Origin: Squalus acanthias
Taxonomy: Eukaryota
NCBI GenBank assembly: GCA_030390025.1
Contig: CM059432.1
Span: 117,616,001 to 117,680,000, forward strand
Direction: 5' to 3'
Length of the DNA: 64,000 bases
Shown: positions 51,800 to 64,000 of the stretch, in pieces
Numbering within the stretch: the stretch's first letter is position 1
How the letters are laid out: the number at the start of each line of letters is the position of its first letter
The notes under the pieces: model-generated
What the model saw: the letters and a program-made list of their open reading frames with translations, nothing else
Databases searched by the model: none
What the model was told of the DNA's origin: nothing
Translations under genes and position numbers: made by a program

Positions 51800-53190
51800 C
51801 TGCATAAAACCACTGTACATGGCCTTCTTTGACCTCACAAAGGCATTCGACACCGTCAACCGTGAGGGATTATGGAGTGTCCTCCTCAAATTCAGCTGCC
51901 ATCAAAAGTTTGTCACCATCTTCCGCCTGCTTCATGACGAAATGCAAGCCGTGATCCTGACCAATGGTTCCACCACAGACCCAATTCACGTACGGACCAG
52001 GGTCAAGCAAGGCTGTGTCATTGCACCAACGCTCTTCTCGATCTTCCTGGCTGCAATGCTCCATCTCACCCTCAGTAAACTCCCCGCTGGAGTGGAGCTA
52101 ATTTACAAAACAAACGGGAAACTGTTCAACCTCCGTCGCCTCCAGTCCAGATCCAAGGTCATCCCATCCTCTGTCATCGAATTACAGTATGCAGACGACG
52201 CTTGCGTCTGCGCACACTCTGCGGGCGAACTCCAAACCATCGTCAACACCTTCACCGAAGTGTACACGAGCATGGGCCTTACACTAAACATCCGTAAGAA
52301 AAGGTCCTCTACCAACCTGCCCCCGCCACACAGTACTGCCCCCCGATTATCAAAATCCACGACAAGGCCTTGGACAACGTGGACCACTTTCCATACCTCG
52401 GGAGCCTACTGTCAACAAGGGCAGACGTCAATGACGAAGTCCAACATTGCCTTCAGTGTGCCAGTGCAGCCTTCGGTCACCTGAGGAAGAGAGTGTTTGA
52501 AGACCAGGACCTCAAACCCAGCACCAAGCTCAGGGTCTACAGAGCAATAGTGATACCCGCCCTCCTGTATGCTTCAGAGACATGGACCATGTACAGCAGG
52601 CACCTCAAAGCACTGGAGAGGTACCACCAATGCTGCCTCCGCAAGATCCTGCAAAGCCATTGGTAGGATAGGTGCACCAATGTCAGTGTTCTCGCTCAGG
52701 CCAACATTCCCAGCATCGAAGCTTTGACCACGCTCGATCAGCTCTGATGGATGGGTCACATCGTCTGCATGCCCGATACGAGACTCCCAAAACAAGCGCA
52801 CTACTCGGAGCTCCGACACGGCAAGAGAACCCCAGGTGGGCAGAGGAAACCCTTCAAGGACACCCTCAAAGCCTCCTTGAAAAAGTGCAACATCCCCACC
52901 GACACCTGGGAATCCCTGGCCCAAGATGGCACAAAGTGGAGGAGAAGCATCCGGGAAGGCGCTGAATACCTCGAGTCTCTTTGCCGGGAGCAAGCGGAAG
53001 TCAAGCGCAAACAGCAGAAGGAGCGCACATCAACCCAATCACCCCACCCACCCGCCCCTTCAACCACCGTCTGCCCCACATGTGACAGAGACTGTAGGTC
53101 CCGCATTGGACTCGTCAGTCACCTGAGAACTCATTTTTAGTGTGGAAGCAAGTCATCCTCGGTTCCGAGGGACTGCCGAAGAAGAAGAAG
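51800..53190 (+). mobile_element. RTE-clade (BovB-like) LINE, 3' portion of RT
   Basis: Motifs FFDLTKAFDTVNRE, KQGCVIAPTLF, LQYADD, FPYLGS and a C-terminal CPTCDRDC..HLRTH, with a (GAA)n tail. Frameshifts and stops are present. Highly similar to 26860-27614. Confidence 0.96.
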
Positions 53191-53239
53191 ATTAATAGGT
53201 ATCGATAAAGTTAACCAAAACAATACTATATATTAATTT

Positions 53240-53460
53240 GCGGGAGTAGAACTAGAGGACACAAGAGAAGGGTACTTTTAGGACAGATATTGGAAAATTC
53301 TTCTTCACAGGTAGAAAGATCAATATGTGAAATAAACTTCCAGATGGAGGCAAAAACCCTGGAATCATTTAAGAAACAATTGGATGCTGCAATAGTGAGA
53401 TATTAGGATCTCTCTGGATGAACGAATCAAGAAGGTCCAAATGGCCTTTCTCATCCGTGA
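53240..53460 (+). mobile_element. Degraded CR1 3' end
   Basis: AGAACTAGAGGACA...TTCTTCACAGG...AATGGCCTTTCTC pattern. Confidence 0.65.
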
Positions 53461-53466
53461 TTGTGA

Positions 53467-53875
53467 AGAAAAAAAAGAAAGACGTGCATTTATATAGCGC
53501 CTTTCACGACCATCGGACGTCCCAAAGCACTTTACAGCCAATGAATTACTTTTTCTGAAGTATAGTCACTGTTGTAATGTAGGAAACGCGGCAGCCAATT
53601 TGTGCACAGCAAGGTCCCACAAACAGCAATGTGATAATGACCAGATAATCTGTTTTTGTTATGTTGATTGAGGGATAAACATTGGCCAGGACACTGGGGA
53701 TTACGCCCCTGCTCTTTTTCGAAATAGTGCCATGGAATCTTTTACGTCCACCTGAGAGAGCAGACGGGGCCTCGGTTTAACATCTCATCCGAAAGACTGG
53801 TATCTCCGACAGTGCAGCACTCCCTCAGTACTGGCACTGGAGTACCAGCCTAGATTTTTGTGCTCAAGTCTCTGG
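53467..53875 (-). mobile_element. SacSINE1-like DeuSINE, near full length
   Basis: Matches the family, including CATCTCATCCGAAAGAC. Confidence 0.92.
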
Positions 53876-54325
53876 CACTGTTATCCTGCATGGGCTCCAA
53901 TCTCTTAACGTGAACTATTCACTCGTTTTTTATTGGAATTACATGTTATCCTTTTTATCACAAGTTTATGCCTTTGTGCCACGATTTCCAGACTTGCACT
54001 CCCTTTGAGCTCCACTCCCCAATGGGTGTGCCATTGGAATCACCCCTTCAGTCTCCATCATGTCCAGATGGAAGCTGACTGTCGCAGCAAACAGTTACAC
54101 CAATACACCTGAAACCAGCTGAATGTTAGAAGGCAGCCATGTATTCCGTATAGTGGATATCACACAAGTATTTTTTTTAACCTGGTTATATATAGCAATT
54201 ATTAATATTCCATTAAAACACTTGATTTAAATGAGAACCATACAGTTATTGAAACTGTGGACCTTCTTTTATATAACTGACTCACAAATCTCAATGTGGG
54301 TTGATAGTTCAAGATTTGTTTCTAT

Positions 54326-56042
54326 GGGCTGGATTTTGCGGGGGTGTCAGCGGGCATGATCGGCGGCGGGTCGGGTGGGAAAGTGATGTTTACCCCAGCG
54401 GGTCGAGACCGCGCTGTGAACCCGCCATCATGCGCCTTTACCAGATGTTGGGTCTGTCAGCGCTGAGCAGACCTGACATGCAGTGGTGGCTTGTTTACAA
54501 ACACTTAACAATGGATTTTCCCCAGCTTTTTGAATTTGACAGGTCCCCCACTGGTTTCCTGTTGTGTCTTGTCTGTGAAGCTGAGGCGGGAGGTCACTTG
54601 CCATTGTTTCAGCTGATGAGTTGACAGCTTGAAATGTCAAGTCAAATCTCCCAGCTGATTAAGAAATGTTCCCTTAACCAGTAGCTTCTCTAAACTGCAT
54701 TTCCACTACAGATTTAGAATGCTGCAAGTCTTTACAGAATTCTCCATCCTGTCTGACCTCATTACCTCTCCCACCATTGACAGATCGCTTCTGTCATCTC
54801 TACTCCACCTGCCATCAGCATGGGTACCCTTGAAACTCTCTCACCTTGGTCCTCAGAATCCCACCACGATCAGCTCCAACACCAGCATCACCAGGCACAC
54901 CAGCAGCACCAACAACAACACCAACCTTCTCCGCAGTCAACTGATGCTGCACAGGACAGAGGGCATCAGCACCCGACCACATTGCTGCCCATGAGGCCAG
55001 GGATGGCCTCACCATGGCCACATTTACTTCACTTGATGCTGTACACCCTGGCTGCCACATGATGCGCCAGGTTGGCACCACCCTACACCAACACCATAAA
55101 GCATCCCTACAATGCCCAAGCCATTCCTTTCATCACCATTGTGAGGTGTACCGTTATGTCTCACCATTCACTGCAACTCACTAAGCCACTTCCAAAGGTG
55201 CACACAAATCTGTCCAAGAACACAAAGTGTTGAAAATAAAGGTTTCAATGTTTGACACCACATTAACGGAAACTTTACATGAACATTGGATAAAACACCC
55301 AAGTGCCTACCATTGTGTATTGTTAGTCGGTATGATTGCATTGGATGATGGTGACTGTGAGGGGTGGCTAGTGAGATGGGGAAGTAATAATGTAGATAGA
55401 GAGGGATGGATGGAGGTGCAAGGTAAGTTGGTGTGAGTAAGGATGTGCAGGAGTAGGGTAGGGAATGCAGAGTGATGGGGATGTGATGAGAGGCACAGCA
55501 GGATGAGGCATAAGTGTAGCTTTGTGCTAACGTTTCGTGATCTAATGAGATCAATGAAAGGTTTGCGCCACTGCAGCCAGGTCCTCCTGACGATTTTCCT
55601 GCTTGTGACCTCCTGTGCAATGTGCAACCAGGCTCCTGGGGAGGTCTCTTCCGCCCATGGGAATGGAAGAGGATCTCCCTGCGTGCTGTGACTCCCTCCA
55701 TAAGCAGACGGAGGGAGTCATGGGAGAGCCTGGGTGCAGCCGTGCACCTCTGTGCAGTGCTTGTCAGTGTTTGCAGCACCTCAATGCTGTAGAACACTGA
55801 CAGCACAACTGTCAAATTAAAGTTGGCCCCGGTCCCTTTAAGGAAACCGGCTGATGACGCGTCAACAAATTACGTCACCAGACCCGCTTCCTCTAATTGG
55901 CCGGGAAACACGCTGGGGTTGCTGAACAAGCCCAATCAGGGGAAATTCATTCTACACAGCAGGATAGAGCCAGCAGCGGGGTCAGGACCCTGCCACCGAC
56001 ATCGCCCACCACGGACCCACCGAGGTTCATAAAATCCAGTCC
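54326..56042. mobile_element. Internally deleted Harbinger with both termini
   Basis: TIRs GGGCTGGATTTT / AAAATCCAGTCC (11/12) with TAT TSD on both sides. Minus-strand Myb remnant AAPRLSHDSLRLLMEGVTARREILF...HIAQEVTSRKIVRRTWLQWRKPFIDL at 55740-55540. Confidence 0.9.
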
Positions 56043-56737
56043 TATATGTCCGTCCCCTCCTCAATTCTCTATTTTTAATTGACCTTTATTAAGGCCTTAA
56101 CAGTCATTAACATCCACTCTTTTGAAAGAAAGGGGTCATTACTCACTAAATGTATGACATAATTACCCCTTAATTTCTGGAAACACATTTCACTATGACA
56201 GCAAACCTTAGAGTAAATGGAGAAAAATGGAAGAAATGTCACTTTCTTGCTCACCTGATACTAACCTTTTTTTATTAACACACAATTAACACACAGATGG
56301 CCCATAATCTTTCTAAGTATTTCCTAAGCATATCTTTCCTCTAATCGGGGTTTATATTTAATCTTCTAAACCCCTTAACATTGCTTCAGATTTTCCTTTA
56401 ATTCTCTGCTGCTGATCTGCATGGATTTCTCATTTTCTTATCAAAGGATTAAAAAAGGAAATGATTACACGGGTGCATCGAAAGTGTTTTACTGTTTTAT
56501 TTTCAGGTAGTGCAGCATCCGGCATTTTTTTATTAGCGGTTGTGTGTTTGCTGTGTAGTGTAAACATGATTACAGTAAACGGCTACAAAGTACTGCAACT
56601 TTCAACATTACACATTTATCGCTGCAATAATTAGTGTGGGTAAAATGTGCAAATTTCATTTAAAAATGTATGAGTATTAACTCTTCCTTTATTTATATGA
56701 AGGCCATCATTGATATGGGCGCTATAAGCCATTAAAC

Positions 56738-57590
56738 TTAGAGTTTCCGCTTTGGGCGCAATTGTCGATTCCGGCGCAAGTTGTGCCCAAAAATTGCGCC
56801 CGTTTTCAAAAGTGTTTTTTCCCCCCCCAGGGTTCCGCTCAAACTCATTTGCATATCGGCAAAAGCAAAATCTGTCATGAACCAGCGCAATCGGGCAGCG
56901 TTTTAAACGTTTTTTTAAAATTCTGCTTTGAAAAATATTCCTTGATATATTTAAGAGTGGTAAATTGATAAAGTTTTAATTCACTGTGTTAATCCACCAC
57001 CTGTGAGTAACTCAATTTTAAATGACTGAAAATGACTTAAAAAATATACAGAAGTATTTTCTAGTTAGATTGAGGTATATTGGTAAGTTCCTTAGAAAAT
57101 TAAAAAAAAACTTCATTCAAAACCCTTCAAAATGTTCTTATTAGTGTCCTTTCGCCAAAACGTTCCAGCTTAATTTTTAAGGCCTCCTCGAAGGCCTGCA
57201 AACGAGCGCAATTAGCGGAAACCCCCAATGATGATTAATTCACCCTGGGGGGCGTGGCCAGCTTTCCCTCAGGGCCTGTTTCTAGCGTGATGCTTTTAAA
57301 ATTAGTGCAAAAGATTCCACAAACTCAATTTGTGCTGAACGCAATTTGTGCTTAACATTCTGTGAACTTTTGCGCCGGTTACTCCGATATCGGGGAAATT
57401 GCACCGAAAAAACCAGCAATCGAGCAGAAACTCCAGGCCAAAATTTTTTATCACCGGGGCAAAATCCTTCCTCGGTCTCTGGTTTGTCACGGATGGGGGA
57501 AATGTCATGTGGTGTTCAAATATGGTGTAAACTGCTATACACGAAATAAAACCGCTGCTACTGTGTGGATATCGAAATTGCTGAACGAAT
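56738..57590. mobile_element. Probable DNA-transposon/MITE fragment
   Basis: CpG-rich arms around an AT-rich core, as in other MITEs here. The matching right TIR was not found. Confidence 0.4.
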
Positions 57591-58387
57591 TGTGAGATGA
57601 CAACGGACGGATTCAAAATGGAAGAGGTCAGTGTGTGATCCTTTGTTTGTATGGATTCAAAATGGAGGAGGTCAGTGTGTGATCCTTTGTTTGTATGGAT
57701 TCAAAATGGAGGAAGTCAGTATGTGGTCCTTTGTTTGTATAGATTCAAAATGGAGGAGGTCAGTATGTGGTCCTTTGTATGGATTCAAAATGGAGGAGGT
57801 CAATATGTGGTCCTTTGTTTGTAAGACCACAGGAAGGGGGAGCACAGGGTGAAGTCGAAGTCCTTCCCCCCACACACATCACAGGAACATGAATGTGTCA
57901 TGCAGAAGGAACACCAATCAGGGGAAGTTGGGAGTGAAATTGACCTATCAGAGCTGAAGAAATACGAGGGGGCCCATGCAGGAGGACACTATAAAGAGAA
58001 GAGAATTAGTCAAAAAGTTCAGGACAAAGGAAGCTGTTTTGAATGGCCAGTCGACTCGTGAAGCCTACCACCAATTTGGATTGATCATCAGAGGAGGAGT
58101 GTATGTATGAAAGTCAGACATAGGGCATATACATTGCTGGGGGCATTTTTATGTACGTTTGACTTATTAATAAACTGTAGGGCATATACATTGCTGGGAG
58201 TACTTTTATGTACAAAGCTGTCGGGCACACAAATTGCTGGAGGAAACTATAGGGCATATAAATTGCTGGGAGTACTTCTATGTACATTTGAATTAATAAT
58301 AATCTCTAATGTGAATAAAGACCATTTTTATTGATAACAAACGTATCTGTCATTGTTATGCTTATTTGTAATTCTCGGGGTCCGAAC
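57591..58387 (+). mobile_element. LTR-like element with internal tandem arrays
   Basis: Five 40-44-bp repeats (57610-57822), TATAAA near 57990, three TAGGGCATATA(C/A)ATTGCTGGG repeats (58121-58290), AATAAA at 58314 and a CA end. No TSD found. Confidence 0.5.
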
Positions 58388-59677
58388 AGTAGTAGGAGAA
58401 AGTCCTACGGTAGTGTCTATGGACGTTCAGAAAGCCTTTGACAAAGTACCACAGGAGAAGTGTAGAATTAGGGAAAGGGCCCTGTAAATGATCCTGCCTC
58501 TAAGATTTGGGATGGGGTCTCTGGATTTGGGTTCGGGTGGATTGGGTTTACTGTTAATCTGCATTTTTATTGACAGAGCAGACCACCAGGAATTTTGGTG
58601 CACGCATTTTTGTCGCAGCCACTGATGTACATTGTGCAAGTTCTGGAAGTACTGCGGTTTGTACAAAAGGAAAGAGCTTTTAAAACTGGAGTCTAAAACG
58701 GGAGAAGTCACCATTTATCATAAGAAAATGAGGCTCTCTCCTCTTACCTAAATCAAGCAGAAAAGTCAATGTTGGTGGCATCAAAGCACAAAAGAGTAAT
58801 AATCATGAAAGGGGTATCTTTGATACTGGGTGTCTCATGAAACAATAAAGCCGTCCAGCAAAGCTTTAAATATATACTTCAAGGAGGAGACTTAATGTGG
58901 TTTCCAGTCTGAACCTTTAGTCAGCAAAGTGGCAATGTGCTGTGTTTTTTAACACAACAAATGTTACCCATTATTATCCAAATAAACTGTAGCTATGTAT
59001 CTGGTTGCACAGCCATCAAAATTTACATTATCCACAGGATAACTGGTGTACATGGTTTCATTGATATGCAGAGTGGATTTGAAGCACACACTTTGATGCT
59101 TTTCATCCTGGGTTGCTACACTTTACAACTTCTGCACCAGCAATTTGAGCACCTATCAGCTGTTTGGATCAACAGCCTCTATCTGTACAGGCCGAACCAA
59201 TTTATAACTAAACTGTCACTAGTGTTCACATCAGGTGACATTGTCGCTGACCCAGAATCAGGTTTGTAATAAACCAGGGAACACTTGCACTTGTGAGGAG
59301 CATCACATTTCAAGATATTTCTCCCAGCTGGAGGACATAATATAGTTAACCTTTTATTGAAAGATCAAGAACAAAGTTCGCTGTGCTATCAGTTGTTTCA
59401 CTTTCTGTGAGAAAAACATTCTAAATGAGATAATTCATTGGTAAAGCAAGTGACAAAGCCATATTGTATTGAGAAACTATAAAGAATTCCTGGAGAACTC
59501 TTTTTACAGGATTTCTCGAATCCTTCTGCAGATTTCAGATACTTGTGTGTTGAGTGTAGTTAAAGATGCTAAATTGGCACTACAGGGAGCATGGAATGCA
59601 GTATCTTCTCAAACAGGATGCAGAAAGTTTAGATGCTTTTTATTTGGAAGCAACAGCCAGATATTTATTTTTATCCG

Positions 59678-60828
59678 TTTAGAGTCATTGTACAGCACGG
59701 ATAGAGGCCCTTCAGGCCCATCGTGTCCGCGCCGGCCATCAAGCCCTGTCTAATCTAATCCCATATTCCTGCATTTGGTCCGTAGCCTTGTATGCTATGG
59801 CATTTCAAGTGCTCATCCAAATGCTTCTTGAATGTTGTGAGGGTTCCTGCCTCCACAACCCTTTCAGGCAATGAGTTCCAGACTCCAACCACCCTCTGGG
59901 TGAAAAAGTTCTTTCTCAAATCCCTTCTAAACCTCCCGCCCTTTACCTTGAATCTATGCCCCCTTGTTATAGACCCCTCTACTAAGGGAAAAAGCTCCTT
60001 AGTATCCATCCTATCTATGCCCCTCATAATTTTGTACACCTCAATCATGTCCCCCCTCAGCCTCCTCTGCTCCAAGGAAAACAAACCCAATCTGCCTAGT
60101 CTCTCTTCATAGCTGAAGCACTCCAGCCCGGGTAACATTCTGGTGAATCTCCTCTGCACCCTCTCCAAAGCGATCACATCCTTCCTGTAGTGTGGCGACC
60201 AGAACTGCACACAGTATTCCAGATGTGGCCTAACCAGTGTTTTATACAGCTCCATCATAACCTCCTTGCTCTTATATTCTATGCCTCGGCTAATGAATGC
60301 AAGTATCCCATATGCCATTTTTACCACCTTATCCACCTGTTCCGCTGCCTTCAGGGATCTGTGTACTTGCACACCAAGATCCCTCTGACCCTCCGTCTTG
60401 CCTAGGGTCTTACCATTCATTGTGTATTCCCTTGCCTTGTTAGTCCCTCCAAAATGCATCACCTCGCACTTTTCCGGATTAAATTCCATTTGCCACTGTT
60501 CCGCCCATCTGACCAACCCATCTATATCGTCCTGCAGACTGAGGCTACCCTCCTCTCTATTTACCACCCTACCAATTTTTGTGTCATCTGCAAACTTACT
60601 GATCATACCTTTTACATTCATATCCAAGTCGTTAATGTAGACCACAAACAGCAAGGGACCCAGCACCGATCCCTGTGGTACCCCACTGGCCACAGGCTTG
60701 CAGTCACAAAAACAACCTTCGACCATCATCCTCTGCCTTCTGCCACTGAGCCAGTTTTGTATCCAATGTGCCAAGGCACCCTGGATTCCATGGGCTCTTA
60801 CCTTCTTGACCAGTCTCCTGTGCGGGAC
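59678..60828 (-). mobile_element. Young 5'-truncated CR1 LINE with an uninterrupted RT C-terminal ORF
   Basis: About 357 open codons: KVPHRRL...GVPQGSVLGPLLF...KFADDTK...FFTQRVVGVWNSLP...GYGPNAGIWD*. Confidence 0.97.
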
Positions 60829-61320
60829 TTTATGGGATGTGGGCATCACTGGCAAGGCCAGCATTTATTGCCCATCCTGAATTGCCCTTGAGAAGGTGGT
60901 GGTGAGCCGCCTTCTTGAACCGCTGCAGTCCGTGTGGTGATGGTACTCCCACAGTGCTGTTAGGGAGAGAGTTCCAGGATTTTGACGCAGCGACGATGAA
61001 GGATTGGCGATATATTTCCAAGTCAGGATGGTGTGTGACTTGGAGGGGAACTTGCAGGTGGTGGTGTTCCCATGTGCCTGCTGCCCTTGTCCTTCTAGAT
61101 GGAAGAGGTTGCGGGTTTAGGAGGTGCTGCCGAAGAAGCCTTGGCGAGTTGCTGCAGTGCATCTTGTAGATGGTACACACTGCAGCCACGGTACGCCGGT
61201 GGTGCAGGGATTGAATGTTTATGGTGGTGAATGAGGTGCCAATCAAGCGGGCTGCTTAGTCCTGGATGGTGTCGAGCTTCTTGAGTGTTGTTGGAGCTGA
61301 CCTCATCCAGTCAAGTGGAT
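60829..61320 (-). mobile_element. CR1-group LINE of a different family, 3' end
   Basis: Reads IQSLHHRRTVAAVCTIYKMH...SKSWNSLPNSTVG...LQRFKKAAHHHLL. Confidence 0.85.
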
Positions 61321-61328
61321 GGCATAAT

Positions 61329-63190
61329 AAAGAAAGGAATTGCATTTTTACAGCACCTTATCACAACCTCAGGATTTCTTAAAGTACTTTAAAACTAATG
61401 GAAGTGCATTCATTGATTTTCTTCGTATGCAAATGGAGCAGCTAATTTGCATAAAGCAAGGTCCAACAAATAGCAAATGAATGAATTGCCAGATTATCTG
61501 TTTTTTTGGTGGTGTTGGTTAAGGGAAGAATGTTGGCCAAGATACCGAGGGCTCTCTCCTCTTCTTTGAATCGTCGCTTGAGATCTTTATGTCCACCTAA
61601 ACAGCACCTTCATTTATCACCTCTTCCGAAAGATAGTGATAGACTTCAAGGGGACATAGACAGGCTGGTGGAATGGGCAGAATTGTGGCAGATGAAATTT
61701 AACGCAGAAAAGTGCGAAGTGATACATTTTGGTCGGAAGAACAAGGAGAGGCAATATAAACTAAAGGGTACAATCCTAAAGAGGGTGCAGGAACAGAGAG
61801 ACCTGGGGGTATGTGTGCACAAATCGTTGAAGGTGGCAGGGCAGGTTGAGAAAGCTGTTAAAAAAAGCATATGGGACCCTGGGCTTCATAAATAGAGGCA
61901 TAGAGTACAAAAGCAAGGAAGTTATGATGAACCTTTATAAAACACTGGTTCAGCCTCAACTGGAGTATTGTGTCCAATTCTGGGCACCGCACTTTTGGAA
62001 GGATGTGAAGTCCTTAGAGAGGGTGCAGAAAAGATTTACAAGAATGGTTCCAGGGATGAGGGACTTCAGTTATGTGGATAGACTGGAGAAGCTGGGGATG
62101 TTCTCCTTAGAGCAGAGAAGGTTGAGAGGCGATTTGATAGAGGTGTTAAAATCATGAGGGGGCTAGACAGAGTAGATAGAGGGAAACTGTTCCCATTGGC
62201 GAAAGGGTTAAAAACCAGAGGACACAGATTTAAGGTGATTGGCAGAAGAACCAAAGGCGATATGAGAATTTTTTTTTTTCGCAGCGAGTGGTTAGGATCT
62301 GGAATACACTGCCTGAAAGATTAGGCCTATATTCTCTCATTGAAAACATACAAAATTCTTACAGGGCTTGACAGGGTAGTGGCAGGGAGGATGTTTCCCC
62401 TGTCTGGGGAGTCTAGAACCAGGGGTCACAGTCACAGAATAAGGGGTTGGCCATTTAGGACTGAGATGAGGAGAAATTTCTTCACTCAGAGGGCTGTGAA
62501 TCTTTGGCATTCTCTACTCCAGAGGGCTGTGGAGGCTCAGTCGTCGAGTATATCCAAGACAGAGACAGATAGATTTTTGGATATTAAGGGAATCAAGGGA
62601 TATGGAGATCGGGCAGGAAGGTGGAATTGAATAGAAGATCAGCCATGAGCTTATTGAATGGCGGAGCAGGCTCGAAGGGCCAAATGGCCTACTCCGGCTC
62701 CTATTTCTTATGTTCTTATGTTCTTATGAAAGGGTTTACATAGGATTACATAGCATATACAGCACAGAAACAGGCCATTCAGCCCAACCTGTCCATGCCA
62801 GCGTTTATGCTCCACACGAGCCTCCTCCCGTCTTTCCTCATCTAAATCTATCAGCATAACACTCTATTCCCTTTTTAACCCTCTATTCCCTGGTGGTGAA
62901 TGCAAATTCAATCGTGGCTTTCAAAACGGAATTGGATAAGTACCTGAAGGAAAAAAAATTGCAGGGCTACGGGGAAAGGGCGGGGGAGTGGGACTGGCTG
63001 ACGTGCTCTTGCAAAGAGCCAGCATAGGCTCGACAGGCCGAACGGCTTCCTTCTGTGCTGTAACCATTCTATGATTCTATGATAGCACCTCAACTAATGT
63101 AACACTCCCTCAGTACTCCACTAAAGTTTAGATTATGTCCTCAAGCCTTGGGCTAGACTCTAGACCCTTGTGAGACAAAGGCAACACTTG
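61329..63190 (-). mobile_element. Old DeuSINE (61329-61636 and 63081-63190) split by nested CR1 insertions
   Basis: The SINE breaks at ...CTTCCGAAAGATAG and resumes GATAGCACCTC...CACTCCCTCAGTACT. Confidence 0.75.
61637..63080 (+). mobile_element. CR1 LINE (61637-62319 and 62891-63080) with two further CR1 3' ends inserted (62320-62727 +, ~62741-62890 -)
   Basis: Reads DRLQGDIDRLVEWAELWQMKFNAEKC...LEYCVQFWAPH. The outer copy breaks at ...CTGCCTGAAAG and resumes TGGTGGTGAATGC..., ending in (ATTCTATG)n. Confidence 0.9.
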
Positions 63191-63208
63191 AACGAAACTA
63201 GATACGTA

Positions 63209-64000
63209 GTGGGAGAAATTCATTATAGCCCAGGAATGGATGCTAACTTTAGAAAAGTTTGAGAATTAGCGCCAGCTGCTAATGATTCAGACTGCACGCA
63301 AAATTCAGTCTCTTTGCACAAAGAAAGGATTGGAGCGTTAAATCAAGTGCTAATGGCCTAGCTCAGTGGCGTTAAACTCGAAGCACTGACCAATATCAGG
63401 TGCAGGCTAATCACAAGTCATCATTGCCACAGGCTCTTTCCAGTTCTTAAAGGGGAGGATCATTGATGTTGCAGAACCTCATTCTCAGTATTGCTGGCTG
63501 TGCAGCTGCCTCAGCAAGCAGCAGCAGGTCAAGTAGAAGGAGCTGGACGACTCAAGAAGCTGCACTGATGGCCCATCCATGGCCCAGGGAGAGAGACCAC
63601 AGATTCAGCGATGAGGCACTAGAGGTGTTGGAGTTCACTGTGGAGAAACTGAGGGCAGTGTTGTACCCAGGAAATGGCATGAGGCCCTCACCACAAGTCT
63701 TCCGCGCCATGTGGAGGGAGGTAGCGCAGCAGGTCTCGGGCAGCACTGTGGTCCCCAGGACCCACACACAATGCAGGAAGAAATTTAACAACCTCACTCA
63801 GGTGGTCAAGGGGAGTCAATGCTTCAACAAATGCTACATACCGCCATCTGTACCACTGTCTTCACACACTGCCCAAAGCACCACACCCCCAGCACCCACC
63901 CACCAACAATCTCTACCTACTAACACTCACATCCACATCTCACACCTGGCACACAATGACAGCTATTCAACTATGGCAGGCACATCTCCCAAACACATGG
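63209..64000 (+). mobile_element. Harbinger element running off the window, with Myb/SANT exon 1
   Basis: Terminus-like GTGGGAGAAATTC. 63568-63810 reads MAHPWPRERDHRFSDEALEVLEFTVEKLRAVLYPGNGMRPSPQVFRAMWREVAQQVSGSTVVPRTHTQCRKKFNNLTQVVK with no stops. Confidence 0.88.

Noticed and set aside
57610..57822. Possible CRISPR array (44-bp period)
   Set aside because: Whole units are repeated with no variable spacers.
58937..59753. ORFs of 110 and 94 aa in unique sequence
   Set aside because: No recognisable domains or consistent splice structure, and the lengths are within chance expectation.
59755..60864. 369-aa ORF as a functional reverse transcriptase gene
   Set aside because: It is a 5'-truncated CR1 ORF2 lacking the endonuclease and the start of RT. 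Its first codons come from the adjacent, different LINE.

Overview
Eukaryotic, repeat-dense genomic DNA, very probably from a shark or other cartilaginous fish. The evidence is many SacSINE1-like DeuSINEs, an HE1/V-SINE, CR1 LINEs and RTE/BovB-like LINEs. No intact host protein-coding gene, rRNA, tRNA gene or CRISPR array can be supported, and almost all ORFs in the supplied track are transposon fragments or antisense/noise frames. The window holds at least 8 PIF/Harbinger derivatives (convergent transposase and Myb/SANT gene remnants, several with TIRs and 3-bp TSDs), about 12 CR1-group LINE pieces, an L2 fragment, two RTE copies, about 10 DeuSINEs, a Tigger-like MITE and Penelope-derived remnants with a minimal hammerhead-ribozyme motif. 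It also holds three LTR-type elements. The best leads are: (i) an LTR element at 43.9-46.4 kb with a splice acceptor, a deleted env-like glycoprotein ending in a transmembrane helix, a PPT and a 3' LTR holding a 14x29-bp palindromic minisatellite; (ii) a 1,775-bp solo LTR with an exact GCAC target-site duplication; (iii) a few low-confidence minus-strand exon candidates near 34.5-35.8 kb. Family names come from motif recognition by eye, not from database searches.
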